This document shows, in pieces, positions 34,557 through 43,262 of a stretch of DNA of 64,000 nt. The notes below the pieces were generated by a model. It did no database searches. It worked only from the letters and a program-made list of their open reading frames with translations, and was not told where the DNA came from. The position numbers and the translations under genes are program-made. The stretch is taken from the IMG/VR virus record IMGVR_UViG_3300045988_156465; one strand, written 5' to 3'. Position 1 is the stretch's first letter. Each line of letters opens with the position of its first letter. This DNA is from a virus.

Positions 34557-35345
34557 TTAAAATTTATCCAAATCTCGCTCCATTTTCTCTAACTGGTCGC
34601 TGCTCTGGTTGTCATTATGCGCGGCAACAGGCATAAGGTAATCCGGTTCCGAGGAAACCCCGAGAATTTTATCAACAGCGGGTTGCATATCAGGTTGATT
34701 TCGATATGCCCTAATTACTTTTTGTTCATGCTTCGTGTAATCCAAAATGAGAGCTGATGGAGCAAGAGGGATTACATTAGTGTTTGCTGCATCAAGAAGA
34801 TAATAAGTCTGACCTTCGGGAATCCCGGTAGATTTTCCGTATTCAGAGACAAGAAGGTCGTAAATATCAGAAGGAAGCTTGTTTTTCCAGAACTTCTGAT
34901 TTAGCAACATGGAAACAAAGGTAGAGTAAGAAACATGTCGAATATCAAATTTGCAATTTTCTATGCTTCTGGAATAATACGCTTTAAAAATTTGTTCTGC
35001 TGCATTAAGTTTTTGTGGAACGTTGGACAGGGAGGAGGAAAGAACTTCATTAGCTGAAGCTTTCATTTCTTCTCTCTCTATGTAATCGTAATAGAATTCA
35101 AATTTATCTTCTGTACTGGGCAGACTAAGAGCGGATAAAATTTCAAAACTAATATCCAAAGCTTTTGCAATTTTTTCTACAGTTTCAGTTGTAACACGAA
35201 CTTGCTTTCCAGTACGAAAATCCATACCTTTTTCAATGCTATCAATATGCGTATGACTCAACTCACATTTTTCAGCAAATTTTCTAAGGGAAAGACCTAA
35301 AGCATCTCTTTTTCGGTGGATATAATTTCCCAGAATGTTGTGCAT
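34557..35345 (-). CDS. ImmR-type XRE-family phage repressor
   Basis: Start at 35345 follows GGAGGTG. IHRKRDALGLSLRKFAEKCELSHTHIDSIEKG HTH; long C-terminal domain without an S24 peptidase motif. Confidence 0.7.
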   Translation of the reverse strand: MHNILGNYIHRKRDALGLSLRKFAEKCELSHTHIDSIEKGMDFRTGKQVRVTTETVEKIAKALDISFEILSALSLPSTEDKFEFYYDYIEREEMKASANEVLSSSLSNVPQKLNAAEQIFKAYYSRSIENCKFDIRHVSYSTFVSMLLNQKFWKNKLPSDIYDLLVSEYGKSTGIPEGQTYYLLDAANTNVIPLAPSALILDYTKHEQKVIRAYRNQPDMQPAVDKILGVSSEPDYLMPVAAHNDNQSSDQLEKMERDLDKF

Positions 35346-35404
35346 AAAAAACACCTCCGTACACAGATTGTAAATCACGAACAACAAAAAGTAAATAGAA
35401 ATAT

Positions 35405-35456
35405 ACAGGAATTCCTGTTGTTTATGATTGACAAAATGAAAAATGTATTGTAATAT
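35405..35456 (+). promoter_or_regulatory. Switch region: 14-bp palindromic operator plus rightward promoter
   Basis: ACAGGAATTCCTGT (35405-35418). TTGACA (35428), 17 nt, TAATAT (35451). Confidence 0.55.
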
Positions 35457-35482
35457 GAAAACAACAGGAAGGAGGACGATGA

Positions 35483-35695
35483 ATGAATAACAGGCTAAAA
35501 GTTTTACGCGCAGAAAAAAATATAACACAGGATGAACTGGCAAATTTGTGCGGTATTTCAAGGACTACAGTAAACAGTATTGAAACGGGCAAGGTGATCC
35601 CAAACGGAGATACAATGTTGAAATTATCAAAAGCACTAGGGGAGCCAATTGAAAAAATTTTTTTAGATTTTGCGTTGTGTAAAAACAACAAATAA
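35483..35695 (+). CDS. Cro-like XRE HTH regulator
   Basis: LKVLRAEKNITQDELANLCGISRTTVNSIETGKVIPNGDTMLKLSKAL. Confidence 0.7.
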   Translation: MNNRLKVLRAEKNITQDELANLCGISRTTVNSIETGKVIPNGDTMLKLSKALGEPIEKIFLDFALCKNNK

Positions 35696-35723
35696 AGGTG
35701 CAAGCGAAAGGGAGGTGAGGTAA

Positions 35724-35969
35724 GTGGAAACAAAATTGCGTCATCTGCTTAGGCAAAGAAATATCACTGTCAAACAGGCAGCCAAGGAATTGGGGATAAA
35801 AAGAGAAACTTTACAGAGAAAACTTTCGGGACAATATCCATTTTATCTGCGAGAGGCAGTCGCTTTACATAGACTGTATTTTTCGGATTTAGATTTCCTT
35901 GAGATTTTCTATGAATATGGAAAAGAGCAAGGCGTTAGGGTACCTTGCTCAGCTGGTGAGGTTATTTAG
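35724..35969 (+). CDS. HTH protein
   Basis: GTG start after AAGGGAGGTGAGG. LRQRNITVKQAAKELGIKRETLQRKLSG. Confidence 0.5.
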   Translation: METKLRHLLRQRNITVKQAAKELGIKRETLQRKLSGQYPFYLREAVALHRLYFSDLDFLEIFYEYGKEQGVRVPCSAGEVI

Positions 35970-36093
35970 TTTTTTTAGTTTGTGCCAAGGCACTGCCTGC
36001 AACGCTTTTAGAAGCCTTGCTGTATCTGCCGTCTTTCAGAATTTTAGATGCTGTGGAAGCGACAGATTTACTTGTCTGCTTGGTATTTGCCAT
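35962..36093 (-). CDS. 43-aa basic S/K/A-rich peptide
   Basis: G-rich SD. MANTKQTSKSVASTASKILKDGRYSKASKSVAGSALAQTKKTK. Below the track cutoff. Confidence 0.35.
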   Translation of the reverse strand: MANTKQTSKSVASTASKILKDGRYSKASKSVAGSALAQTKKTK

Positions 36094-36357
36094 GAATCTC
36101 ACCCCCCCCTTTTTTTATGATATGTGACGATTATATCACATTTTATGGAAAGATACAACATATTGATTGAAAGTATTTTTGTTAACAATATATTGTATGT
36201 GTTTTAATGAAAAGACAAAATTTTCAGCAGATGGTTGCTATAGAATACACATGGGTGTGATTTTTCATGTGTTGCTGTTTTTTAATTAACAAAGAAAGTG
36301 AATAGACTGAAAATGTCAAGCAAAGTGAAAAAGAGGTCGCTAAAAGGAGGTGTTCTT

Positions 36358-36585
36358 ATGGAGCCGATGCTTTATACAGTAAAGGAAGTTGCACAAATTT
36401 TGAAATGCAACCCTACCAGAGTGTACGGATTGAAGGATGCGGGGCTGCTGCCGTTTCTGAAGCTGGGGCAGTTGAAATGTCGCAGAGAAGCGGTGGAGGA
36501 ATTCCTGCGGAAGTATGAGGGCTACGATGTGTCCGACCCGAACAACATCATCCCTCTGGAACAGGGAGAGGAGGTGAAACCATGA
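36358..36585 (+). CDS. Excisionase/MerR-type HTH protein
   Basis: ATG after AAAAGGAGGTG. YTVKEVAQILKCNPTRVYGLKDAGLLPFLKLGQLKCRREAVEEFL. Confidence 0.55.
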   Translation: MEPMLYTVKEVAQILKCNPTRVYGLKDAGLLPFLKLGQLKCRREAVEEFLRKYEGYDVSDPNNIIPLEQGEEVKP

Positions 36586-36791
36586 GAAACTGGAAACGGA
36601 CGTTTTTCTACATTCGCCGGGGGCTGCTGCGTTGGGCGGTGGTATTCTTCGGGACGCTACTGGCGCAGTGCGGCTTAGTATGGGTTCTGGAGAACCCCGA
36701 CAGCAGGATGATGCTTTATCTGATTTCCGGCACGGTGATTGCCTTTGCAATCGGTAATGTGTTTTACGGCAGGGAATTGCCTAAGAAATAA
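36582..36791 (+). CDS. Small 2-TM membrane protein; paralogue of 11593..11796
   Basis: Shares the MRNWKRT.FYIRRGLLRW N-terminus and overall length with 11593..11796. Confidence 0.55.
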   Translation: MRNWKRTFFYIRRGLLRWAVVFFGTLLAQCGLVWVLENPDSRMMLYLISGTVIAFAIGNVFYGRELPKK

Positions 36792-36876
36792 AAACGTCCC
36801 CAGAGGTGTTGGCGCACCGTTTCGGGGACTGGATAATTATTCAATTACAGAATAACAGAAACAGGAGGGAAATGCA

Positions 36877-37026
36877 ATGGAAAACTGGACAGGCACGATG
36901 CAGATCAACCGTGTGGACGGCGAGCCTTTGCTGAAAAGCGGAGAATGGCAGTATGACCCTTGGTGGAACTGCTGGTACTTAAACGGGGAGAGCTTCCCTG
37001 CGGAGATTTGCAGGAAGGTGTTGTGA
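36877..37026 (+). CDS. 49-aa Trp-rich small protein
   Basis: SD ACAGGAGGGA. MENWTGTMQINRVDGEPLLKSGEWQYDPWWNCWYLNGESFPAEICRKVL. Confidence 0.35.
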   Translation: MENWTGTMQINRVDGEPLLKSGEWQYDPWWNCWYLNGESFPAEICRKVL

Positions 37027-37304
37027 TGGCATTTACATACACGGAAGACCCCAGAAAAGAGGAGGAAGCGGAGGAAATCATCCCTGAATGTATCATTTGC
37101 GGGAGCAGGAAATGCGAGTATTTCTATTTTGATAAATGGAGTGAACCGCTTGGCTGCGATGGCTGCATCCAAAGTGTGGAGGTTTACGAAACCGAAGAAC
37201 GGGTTTGTCCTGTATGCGGTAGTGTGAAATGCGACTATTTCTACAAAAAGCATGGTGAAATCATCGGTTGTGACGGTTGCATCAGAAGGGAGGAAGTCTG
37301 GTGA
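37026..37304 (+). CDS. Tandem YFY zinc-ribbon protein
   Basis: Two units: CIICGSRKCEYFYFDKWSEPLGCDGCI and CPVCGSVKCDYFYKKHGEIIGCDGCI. Confidence 0.5.
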   Translation: MAFTYTEDPRKEEEAEEIIPECIICGSRKCEYFYFDKWSEPLGCDGCIQSVEVYETEERVCPVCGSVKCDYFYKKHGEIIGCDGCIRREEVW

Positions 37305-37477
37305 ACAGACAGGATTATTTGCAGAAAAATTTTGAACTGAGCATGGATCTGCGAGAAACGGAGCGGCAGATTGCAGGGCTGTATAACCGCAAAAAGCAGA
37401 TTCTTGCGGAAATGGATGCTATCCAAGAGCAGATGGTTGAGGAAGCAAGAAACGGCACATTGCATAAGGAGGAGTGA
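37301..37477 (+). CDS. Hypothetical coiled-coil small protein
   Basis: GTG start overlapping the previous stop, after AGGGAGGAAG. Confidence 0.4.
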   Translation: MNRQDYLQKNFELSMDLRETERQIAGLYNRKKQILAEMDAIQEQMVEEARNGTLHKEE

Positions 37478-37480
37478 GAA

Positions 37481-37702
37481 ATGCGTGAAACTTTGAAAAA
37501 AGCCCGCCAAGCGGCGGGCATGACACAACAGCAGGTAGCGGATAAATTAGACATTGGTTTGCGATATTATAAATCTCTGGAAAGCGGCGAAAGGCTCGGA
37601 GGAATTGAATTGTGGGATGCCTTAGAAGATTTATTCAAAATTCATCAAAGAAAACTCCGTGAGATTTCAGCCACTCATCTCGACCGAGAAGATAATCAAT
37701 AG
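37481..37702 (+). CDS. XRE-family HTH protein
   Basis: LKKARQAAGMTQQQVADKLDIGLRYYKSLESGER. Confidence 0.6.
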   Translation: MRETLKKARQAAGMTQQQVADKLDIGLRYYKSLESGERLGGIELWDALEDLFKIHQRKLREISATHLDREDNQ

Positions 37703-37868
37703 AAACATCTAACTTGTCGGCAATTTTGATGAGGGCATCAGCGGACGGAAAGCGGTCACCACTTTCATAATTTCTGTAAGCCCTTAATCCCATAGAAAGA
37801 TAATCTGCCATTTGTTGTGCTGTATATCCTCTGAATTTGCGAGCAAGATTGAGTCTTTTTGAAAACAA
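37635..37868 (-). CDS. XRE-family HTH protein
   Basis: LNLARKFRGYTAQQMADYLSMGLRAYRNYESGDRFPSADALIKIADKLDVSIDYLLGR. Confidence 0.65.
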   Translation of the reverse strand: MFSKRLNLARKFRGYTAQQMADYLSMGLRAYRNYESGDRFPSADALIKIADKLDVSIDYLLGRDEWLKSHGVFFDEF

Positions 37869-37894
37869 AGAAATTCCCCCTTTGAAAAAAATAC

Positions 37895-37954
37895 TTGACA
37901 GTGCTCAAATTGTACACTAATATGATTATATAGTACAGTGCTCAATATGAACAC
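37895..37954 (+). promoter_or_regulatory. Promoter with two 20-bp direct-repeat operators
   Basis: TTGACA (37895), 17 nt, TAATAT (37918). ACAGTGCTCAAATTGTACAC at 37898 and ACAGTGCTCAATATGAACAC at 37935. Confidence 0.6.
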
Positions 37955-37972
37955 CACGAAGGAGGAATATAC

Positions 37973-38215
37973 ATGAAAAATGAAATTTTAAAAGTAAGGA
38001 ATGAGTTTGAAGACCTTATTATGGATGCAGAAAAACTTTATAGTATTGTGTTCATAAATTGGGATTCATTAGCGAGTGGCACATTTTCTGCAAATAACGA
38101 GGTTTATACAAATGCTGCATATGCAATAGAAGGGCTTATGGCAGATGTCTTAAGAAAGATGAATAATATTCTAAATGAATTGTATGAATCAGGAAAAAAC
38201 AAAGGAGAAATGTAA
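37973..38215 (+). CDS. Hypothetical protein
   Basis: 80-aa ORF with SD GAAGGAGGAA. AT-rich. Confidence 0.45.
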   Translation: MKNEILKVRNEFEDLIMDAEKLYSIVFINWDSLASGTFSANNEVYTNAAYAIEGLMADVLRKMNNILNELYESGKNKGEM

Positions 38216-38743
38216 ATGGAAGAAATCTGGAAGCCTGTGGTTGGTTACGAAAAATTTTACGAAGTATCAAATAAGGGAAGAATTAAAAGCCTCCCAAGGA
38301 TGGTTCACGCAGGACATGGCGTTTATTACGAAAAGAAGGGAAGAATTAGAAAACCTGTTTTAAATAAAGGTAATGGATATTATATGCTTTTTCTTGCAGG
38401 AAAATTCAATAAAAAATGTGTTTATGTTCATAGGGTTGTGGCACAAGCTTTTTGCGAGAATCCGAAAAATCTTGAGATAGTTAATCATATCAACGAAGTA
38501 AAAACAGATAATAGAGCAGAAAATTTAGAATGGTGTTCAAAAGAGTACAATAACTCCTTTAACGGAAAAGACCAACGTTCTTGTAAACCAATAATTCAAC
38601 TTTCTATGGGAGAAGAATACATTGCTACATGGAATGGAGCGAGAGAAGCGGCAAAAAAACTTGGTATTGAATATAAAAATATTTCCGCCGTATGCAGAGG
38701 TAAAAGAGATTCTGCTGGCGGTTACAAATGGAGGTTTAAATAA
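38216..38743 (+). CDS. NUMOD4/HNH homing-type endonuclease
   Basis: EIWKPVVGYEKFYEVSNKGRIKS (NUMOD4); VHRVVAQAF...VNHINEVKTDNRAENLEW (HNH_3); C-terminal AREAAKKLGI...ISAVCRGKRDSAGGYKWRF. Confidence 0.8.
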   Translation: MEEIWKPVVGYEKFYEVSNKGRIKSLPRMVHAGHGVYYEKKGRIRKPVLNKGNGYYMLFLAGKFNKKCVYVHRVVAQAFCENPKNLEIVNHINEVKTDNRAENLEWCSKEYNNSFNGKDQRSCKPIIQLSMGEEYIATWNGAREAAKKLGIEYKNISAVCRGKRDSAGGYKWRFK

Positions 38744-39387
38744 TGGCAAAGCTGATTTGCATTATGGGGGAATCGGGCAGCGGCAAGAGTACGTCCATGC
38801 GGAACTTAGACCCTGTGACAACCTATTATATCGACTGTGACGGGAAGGGGCTGCCATGGAAGGGGTGGAAGGCGCAGTATAACGAAAAAAACAATAATTA
38901 CTGCGTGACAAGGGACATTCCGAAAATAGAGAAATATCTTTTGAGTGTCAATGCAAATGGTACACATATCCAGACGGTAGTGATTGATACGCTGAACACC
39001 TGCATGGCGGACAAAGAAGTGAAGGGCATGAAGGAAAACGGATATGGCAAATGGATTGACCTGACGCAGTTTGTATGGAATCTGGTCGAAACGGCGAGCA
39101 GACTGCGGGAGAATCTGACGGTTATTTTCGTGATGCACAGTGAAACGGTGCGTGATGATTTCGGTTATGCGTTTACACGGATTCGCACAAACGGCAGGAA
39201 GATGGAAAAGCTTGTGTTGGAATCCTTGTTTAATGTTGTGCTGCTTGCCAAGCGCACCGATGAGGGCAGATATATTTTTGAAACGCAGACCAAAAATAGC
39301 ACAGCAAAAAGCCCTATGGGGGCATTTGAAACTTTTGAGATTGAGAATGACATTCAGCAGGTACTGGATGCACTGAAGGATTTTTAA
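38743..39387 (+). CDS. P-loop ATPase (phage Sak4-like/AAA_24-type)
   Basis: Walker A IMGESGSGKST; Walker B VVIDTLN. Lies upstream of a DUF669-type gene. Confidence 0.65.
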   Translation: MAKLICIMGESGSGKSTSMRNLDPVTTYYIDCDGKGLPWKGWKAQYNEKNNNYCVTRDIPKIEKYLLSVNANGTHIQTVVIDTLNTCMADKEVKGMKENGYGKWIDLTQFVWNLVETASRLRENLTVIFVMHSETVRDDFGYAFTRIRTNGRKMEKLVLESLFNVVLLAKRTDEGRYIFETQTKNSTAKSPMGAFETFEIENDIQQVLDALKDF

Positions 39388-39399
39388 GGAGGACAAGAA

Positions 39400-39930
39400 A
39401 TGAAAAATATCAACTGGAACAGCGTACCCGACCCTGTGGAGCTGCCGAGACTAACCCCGGGCGGATACGTCTGCAAGATTACGGTAGCGGTGGACGTACC
39501 TGAGAAGGAATATCTGAAGCTGGAGTATGACATCGCGGAAGGGGAGCACAAGGGACACTGGGATGCGCTCTACAAGGCGAAAGCCTTCTGGGGTGGTACG
39601 TTTTACCGTTCCTACAAGGAGAAGGCACAGTCCATGTTTAAGGGCTTTCTGACGGCGGTGAAGGAGAGCAACCCCGGCTTTGTATTTGAAAACGAGGAAA
39701 AGCGTCTGGAAGGCAAGCTGATCGGGCTGGTACTGGCGGAGGAGGAATACCGCAAAAATAACGGCAGTGACGGCACAAGACTGTATGTTGCCAACATCCG
39801 CAGTGTGGAAAAAATCCGCAAGGGAGATTTCATTGTACCGCCCAAAAAGCTTTTGCAGGAAAGCGGCAGTGCAGGCGAGAACGGATTCTATCCCACAAAG
39901 GATGTGGAAGATGACGATGTTCCGTTTTAA
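39400..39930 (+). CDS. DUF669-type protein carrying an SSB-like acidic C-terminal tip
   Basis: ELPRLTPGGYVCKITVAVDVPEKEYLKLEYDIAEGEHKG fits the DUF669 N-terminal pattern. The tail is ...ENGFYPTKDVEDDDVPF. Confidence 0.6.
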   Translation: MKNINWNSVPDPVELPRLTPGGYVCKITVAVDVPEKEYLKLEYDIAEGEHKGHWDALYKAKAFWGGTFYRSYKEKAQSMFKGFLTAVKESNPGFVFENEEKRLEGKLIGLVLAEEEYRKNNGSDGTRLYVANIRSVEKIRKGDFIVPPKKLLQESGSAGENGFYPTKDVEDDDVPF

Positions 39931-39942
39931 GGCGGTGATGGG

Positions 39943-40425
39943 ATGATACTTTTGTGCGATACAAGGCAAAAGAAGGGAAAACATGAGGAAAAAGAAAAGT
40001 GGTTTGCGGCGCATGACGTAGAGGTGGTACGCACAAAGCTGGTGGTAGGGGATTATTCCCTTCCCACCGACCAGAGCGTCTGCATTGATACGAAGGCAGG
40101 ACTTCTGGAGATCTGCGGCAACGTGACGCAGCAGCATCGGCGTTTTGTGGAGGAATTAGACCTTGCGAAACGGCTTGGGATTCAGTTGATTATCCTTTGT
40201 GAGGAGGACGGGATTGCCGCACTGGAGGATGTCAAGCATTGGAGCAATCCACGCCTGTGGCACTCCCCGAAGGCGTTGACGGGGGAAAAGCTGTATAAGA
40301 TTCTGAAATCCATCGAGGAACGCCATGGCTGCCATTTTCTGTTCTGCCGGAAGAAGGACGCAGGACAGATGATTGTCAAGCTGCTTGCGGCAGGGAAGGC
40401 AATGGACGGTGAGCGTCATGGCTGA
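39943..40425 (+). CDS. Putative ERCC4/Mus81-like nuclease
   Basis: CDTRQ...VVGDYSL...CIDTKAG order resembles the DxRE...GDY...ERK elements. Support is weak. Confidence 0.35.
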   Translation: MILLCDTRQKKGKHEEKEKWFAAHDVEVVRTKLVVGDYSLPTDQSVCIDTKAGLLEICGNVTQQHRRFVEELDLAKRLGIQLIILCEEDGIAALEDVKHWSNPRLWHSPKALTGEKLYKILKSIEERHGCHFLFCRKKDAGQMIVKLLAAGKAMDGERHG

Positions 40426-42265
40426 GTTTCGGGAATATCAGAAACAGGACTTTCTGGAAGGTACAGAGCCATATGAGGTGCTTTATAAATACATAGACAA
40501 CCAATTCCTGCTGTCGCAGATGACGGAGCAAATGGCGGATGTGGCGAAAAAAGCAGGGGTGAAGGGCTTTAAGACCCTGTTCAGAAAATTCTGTCAGGCG
40601 AAGAAAAAGGATGCTACGGGGAATTTCATTCAGAATGCAACGAATTTTGACGGACAGCCGTTAGAACTGGATTGCGGAAACTGGGTTGCGGATGACAGCG
40701 GCATCAGCATTTCCACGCCCCTTGGGGACATGCTTGCCTGCATCCACCCGATACTGCCGACCATGCGGCTGATCAATATTGATACGAATACGGAAAAGCT
40801 GCAATTATCCTATCGCAAGGGCGGCATCTGGCGCAAGACCATTGCCGATAAGCGGACACTGGCGGCGGCTTCCTCCATCATCGCCTTGGCGGATGTGGGC
40901 GTGGCGGTCAACAGTGAAAATGCAAAATGGCTCGTACGGTTCCTGCATGATGCGGAGAATCTCAATTATGAGCGCATCGAGGAGAAGAACAGCGTCGGGC
41001 GGCTCGGATGGGTGGAGGGACACGGCTTTTCGCCCTATGTGGAAAATCTTATTTTTGATGGGGATGCCGCCTGTAAGGGGCTGTTTGAAAGCGTGAAAAG
41101 CGGCGGCAGTTATGAAACATGGCTTGCACTTGCCGGAGAAGTGCGGCAGGAGAGCCTGTACGGGCGGATTCTGATGGCGGCGGCGTTTGCGAGCGTGCTG
41201 GTTAAGCCGCTGAATTGTCTGCCCTTCTTCCTGCACCTCTGGGGCGGTACGGAGGCAGGCAAGACTGTCGGCGAAATGCTTGCGGCATCTGTCTGGGCGG
41301 ACCCCAGAGTGGGGCGGTATATCCAGACCTTCAACAGCACTGTGGTCGGCAAGGAGCGTGCGGCGGCGTTTGTGGGGAATCTGCCGCTGATTCTGGATGA
41401 ACTGCAGATTGCAGGCAGTCAGTCCGGCTTTGATAAGGACATCTATATGCTTTCCGAGGGCGTAGGGCGCACCAGAGGGAATAAGCAGGGCGGCGTTGAC
41501 CTGACACCCACATGGTCGAACTGCATTATCACAAACGGGGAAATGCCTCTGGCATCTGCGGCATCTGGCGGCGGCGCGGTCAATCGTATCATCGAAATCG
41601 AGTGCGAGGAGGCGTTGTTCAAAAACCCGAAACATGTGGCGGATACCCTTCTGGAAAACTACGGCTTTGCCGGGAAGAAATGTCTGGATTGGCTTGCGGG
41701 ATATGACCCGGACTTTGCGACCGTCAGACAGCTTTACCGTATCTATATGCAGGAATTTGATAAGAAGGACACCACAGGCAAGCAGTCCATGGCAATGAGC
41801 ATGATTCTGGTGGGGGATTATGTGCTGTCGCAGGCAATCTTCGGGGATGATAAATTTCTGCGCCCTGCGGATGTACAGCACTTTCTGAAAACAAAGCAGG
41901 AGGTCTCCGTGCATGAGCGTGCGTATGAATATGTTTATGAAACACTGGTTGCCAATAAAAGCCACTTCGGCGAGGCGGAGGACGATCGCAGCGAGGTCTG
42001 GGGGGCGAATGATAAATATTATTTTTATGTGATTCGCAGCCGCTTTGAACAGATTTGTCGGGATGGCGGATTTAACGCAAAGGCATTGCTTTCATGGATG
42101 AAACGGACAGGGAAGATTGAAGTCCCGAAAAAGGGATATACCAAAATGAAAAGAGTAAACGGCGAACCGATTCATTGCATCTGGCTGATTAAAATGCAGG
42201 AGGAAAAGGACGGTTTTGACCAGGTAGGTCTGGAGGATAAGGATGGAAATGCGTGCCCGTTTTGA
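40418..42265 (+). CDS. SF3-type replicative helicase/primase-associated protein (DUF927-like)
   Basis: ATG at 40418 overlaps the previous stop. Walker A GGTEAGKT; Walker B LILDELQ. 616 aa. Confidence 0.7.
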   Translation: MAEFREYQKQDFLEGTEPYEVLYKYIDNQFLLSQMTEQMADVAKKAGVKGFKTLFRKFCQAKKKDATGNFIQNATNFDGQPLELDCGNWVADDSGISISTPLGDMLACIHPILPTMRLINIDTNTEKLQLSYRKGGIWRKTIADKRTLAAASSIIALADVGVAVNSENAKWLVRFLHDAENLNYERIEEKNSVGRLGWVEGHGFSPYVENLIFDGDAACKGLFESVKSGGSYETWLALAGEVRQESLYGRILMAAAFASVLVKPLNCLPFFLHLWGGTEAGKTVGEMLAASVWADPRVGRYIQTFNSTVVGKERAAAFVGNLPLILDELQIAGSQSGFDKDIYMLSEGVGRTRGNKQGGVDLTPTWSNCIITNGEMPLASAASGGGAVNRIIEIECEEALFKNPKHVADTLLENYGFAGKKCLDWLAGYDPDFATVRQLYRIYMQEFDKKDTTGKQSMAMSMILVGDYVLSQAIFGDDKFLRPADVQHFLKTKQEVSVHERAYEYVYETLVANKSHFGEAEDDRSEVWGANDKYYFYVIRSRFEQICRDGGFNAKALLSWMKRTGKIEVPKKGYTKMKRVNGEPIHCIWLIKMQEEKDGFDQVGLEDKDGNACPF

Positions 42266-42271
42266 TGAAGA

Positions 42272-42497
42272 TGTACGAATGTACGACTTGTACGACCGTT
42301 TTTTGATATACCTTCTTCTATAAAAAGAGTGATTGAAAGAATAAAAACAGAAACACACTTTTTTATATATAGGGATGAATTTTGGTTGTACAAGTCGTAC
42401 AAATCAGAATGACACGCAGGAAACCCAGTAAAATCAAGGCTTTTAGATGTACGACTTTTAAAAAAATAAATTCGTACAAGGTTGTACAGGTCGCACA
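42272..42497. repeat. Iteron cluster flanking an AT-rich core (candidate origin of replication)
   Basis: TGTACGA at 42272, 42280 and 42289. TGTACGACTTGTAC (42280-42293) is inverted at 42389-42402. ATGTACGAC at 42447; TCGTACAAGGTTGTACAGGTCGCACA at 42472. Confidence 0.65.
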
Positions 42498-42623
42498 TTT
42501 TCTATAAGGAATAGTTATTTGAAAAAGAGTATTGATAAAAAATACAACAATAAAAGCCATGGATAGGCTCTGATGCAAAAATACCATATCCCTTGAAAAA
42601 AGCAAGACGAAAGGAGGGATTTC

Positions 42624-42959
42624 ATGCACCCGATGACAAAGGATGAATTTCAACAATACCGCCTGTTGGTACAGCGTAAGGGAAAGGCAATGACGATTCC
42701 GGCGGAATTGCGCCTGGGAAAATACGGCGCAGAATATCAGAAAATTGTAACAGCCCTCCGCACGCAGTTTCGACCCTATCTTGCCTATTATATCACAGAA
42801 GGGAAGAATAATCTGCGCCATGATGCCGAAACGGCGGAACGGGTGAGACAACAGAAGGCTATCTTTGCAGGTATTCAGACCGCCCTATATGATGGGGATT
42901 TGAAGAAAATGGATAGATATTGCGATAGGCTGAAAGAGGTGTATCAGCATGAAGGATAA
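42624..42959 (+). CDS. Hypothetical protein
   Basis: 111-aa ORF with SD AAAGGAGGGA. Confidence 0.45.
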   Translation: MHPMTKDEFQQYRLLVQRKGKAMTIPAELRLGKYGAEYQKIVTALRTQFRPYLAYYITEGKNNLRHDAETAERVRQQKAIFAGIQTALYDGDLKKMDRYCDRLKEVYQHEG

Positions 42960-43161
42960 ATCAACAGGAAAAGAACGGCTTTATATGGCAGTGACGAGGG
43001 ATAGGCTCTCCCTTCCGCTTGCGGTGGCGGACAGTGCTGCGGAGCTGGCAAGGCTAAGAGGTGTAAAGAAGAGGACTGTGTTTAGCGGGATTTGCATAAG
43101 CAGGAGGCTGAAGTATCCACGGTATATTGTGGTGGATGTGGATGACGATTTGCCGTTTTAA
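42949..43161 (+). CDS. 70-aa protein ending in an SSB-type tip
   Basis: ...RYIVVDVDDDLPF. The last 21 nt are identical to the ssb 3' end at 19931-19951. Confidence 0.5.
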   Translation: MKDKSTGKERLYMAVTRDRLSLPLAVADSAAELARLRGVKKRTVFSGICISRRLKYPRYIVVDVDDDLPF

Positions 43162-43262
43162 GGAATCGCCAGAAAGGGTGCTTGACGTTCAATCATTGCA
43201 TTGAGCATATAACCGCCAACATAAGAGGGATAGTATGACAGGAAAATGAAAAGATTAACCGG

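Noticed and set aside
40805-41965. 386-aa minus-strand ORF inside the helicase gene
   Set aside because: It is a shadow ORF in GC-rich DNA. The plus strand encodes Walker A and B motifs in frame. There is no SD, and the composition is Arg/Cys/His-rich.
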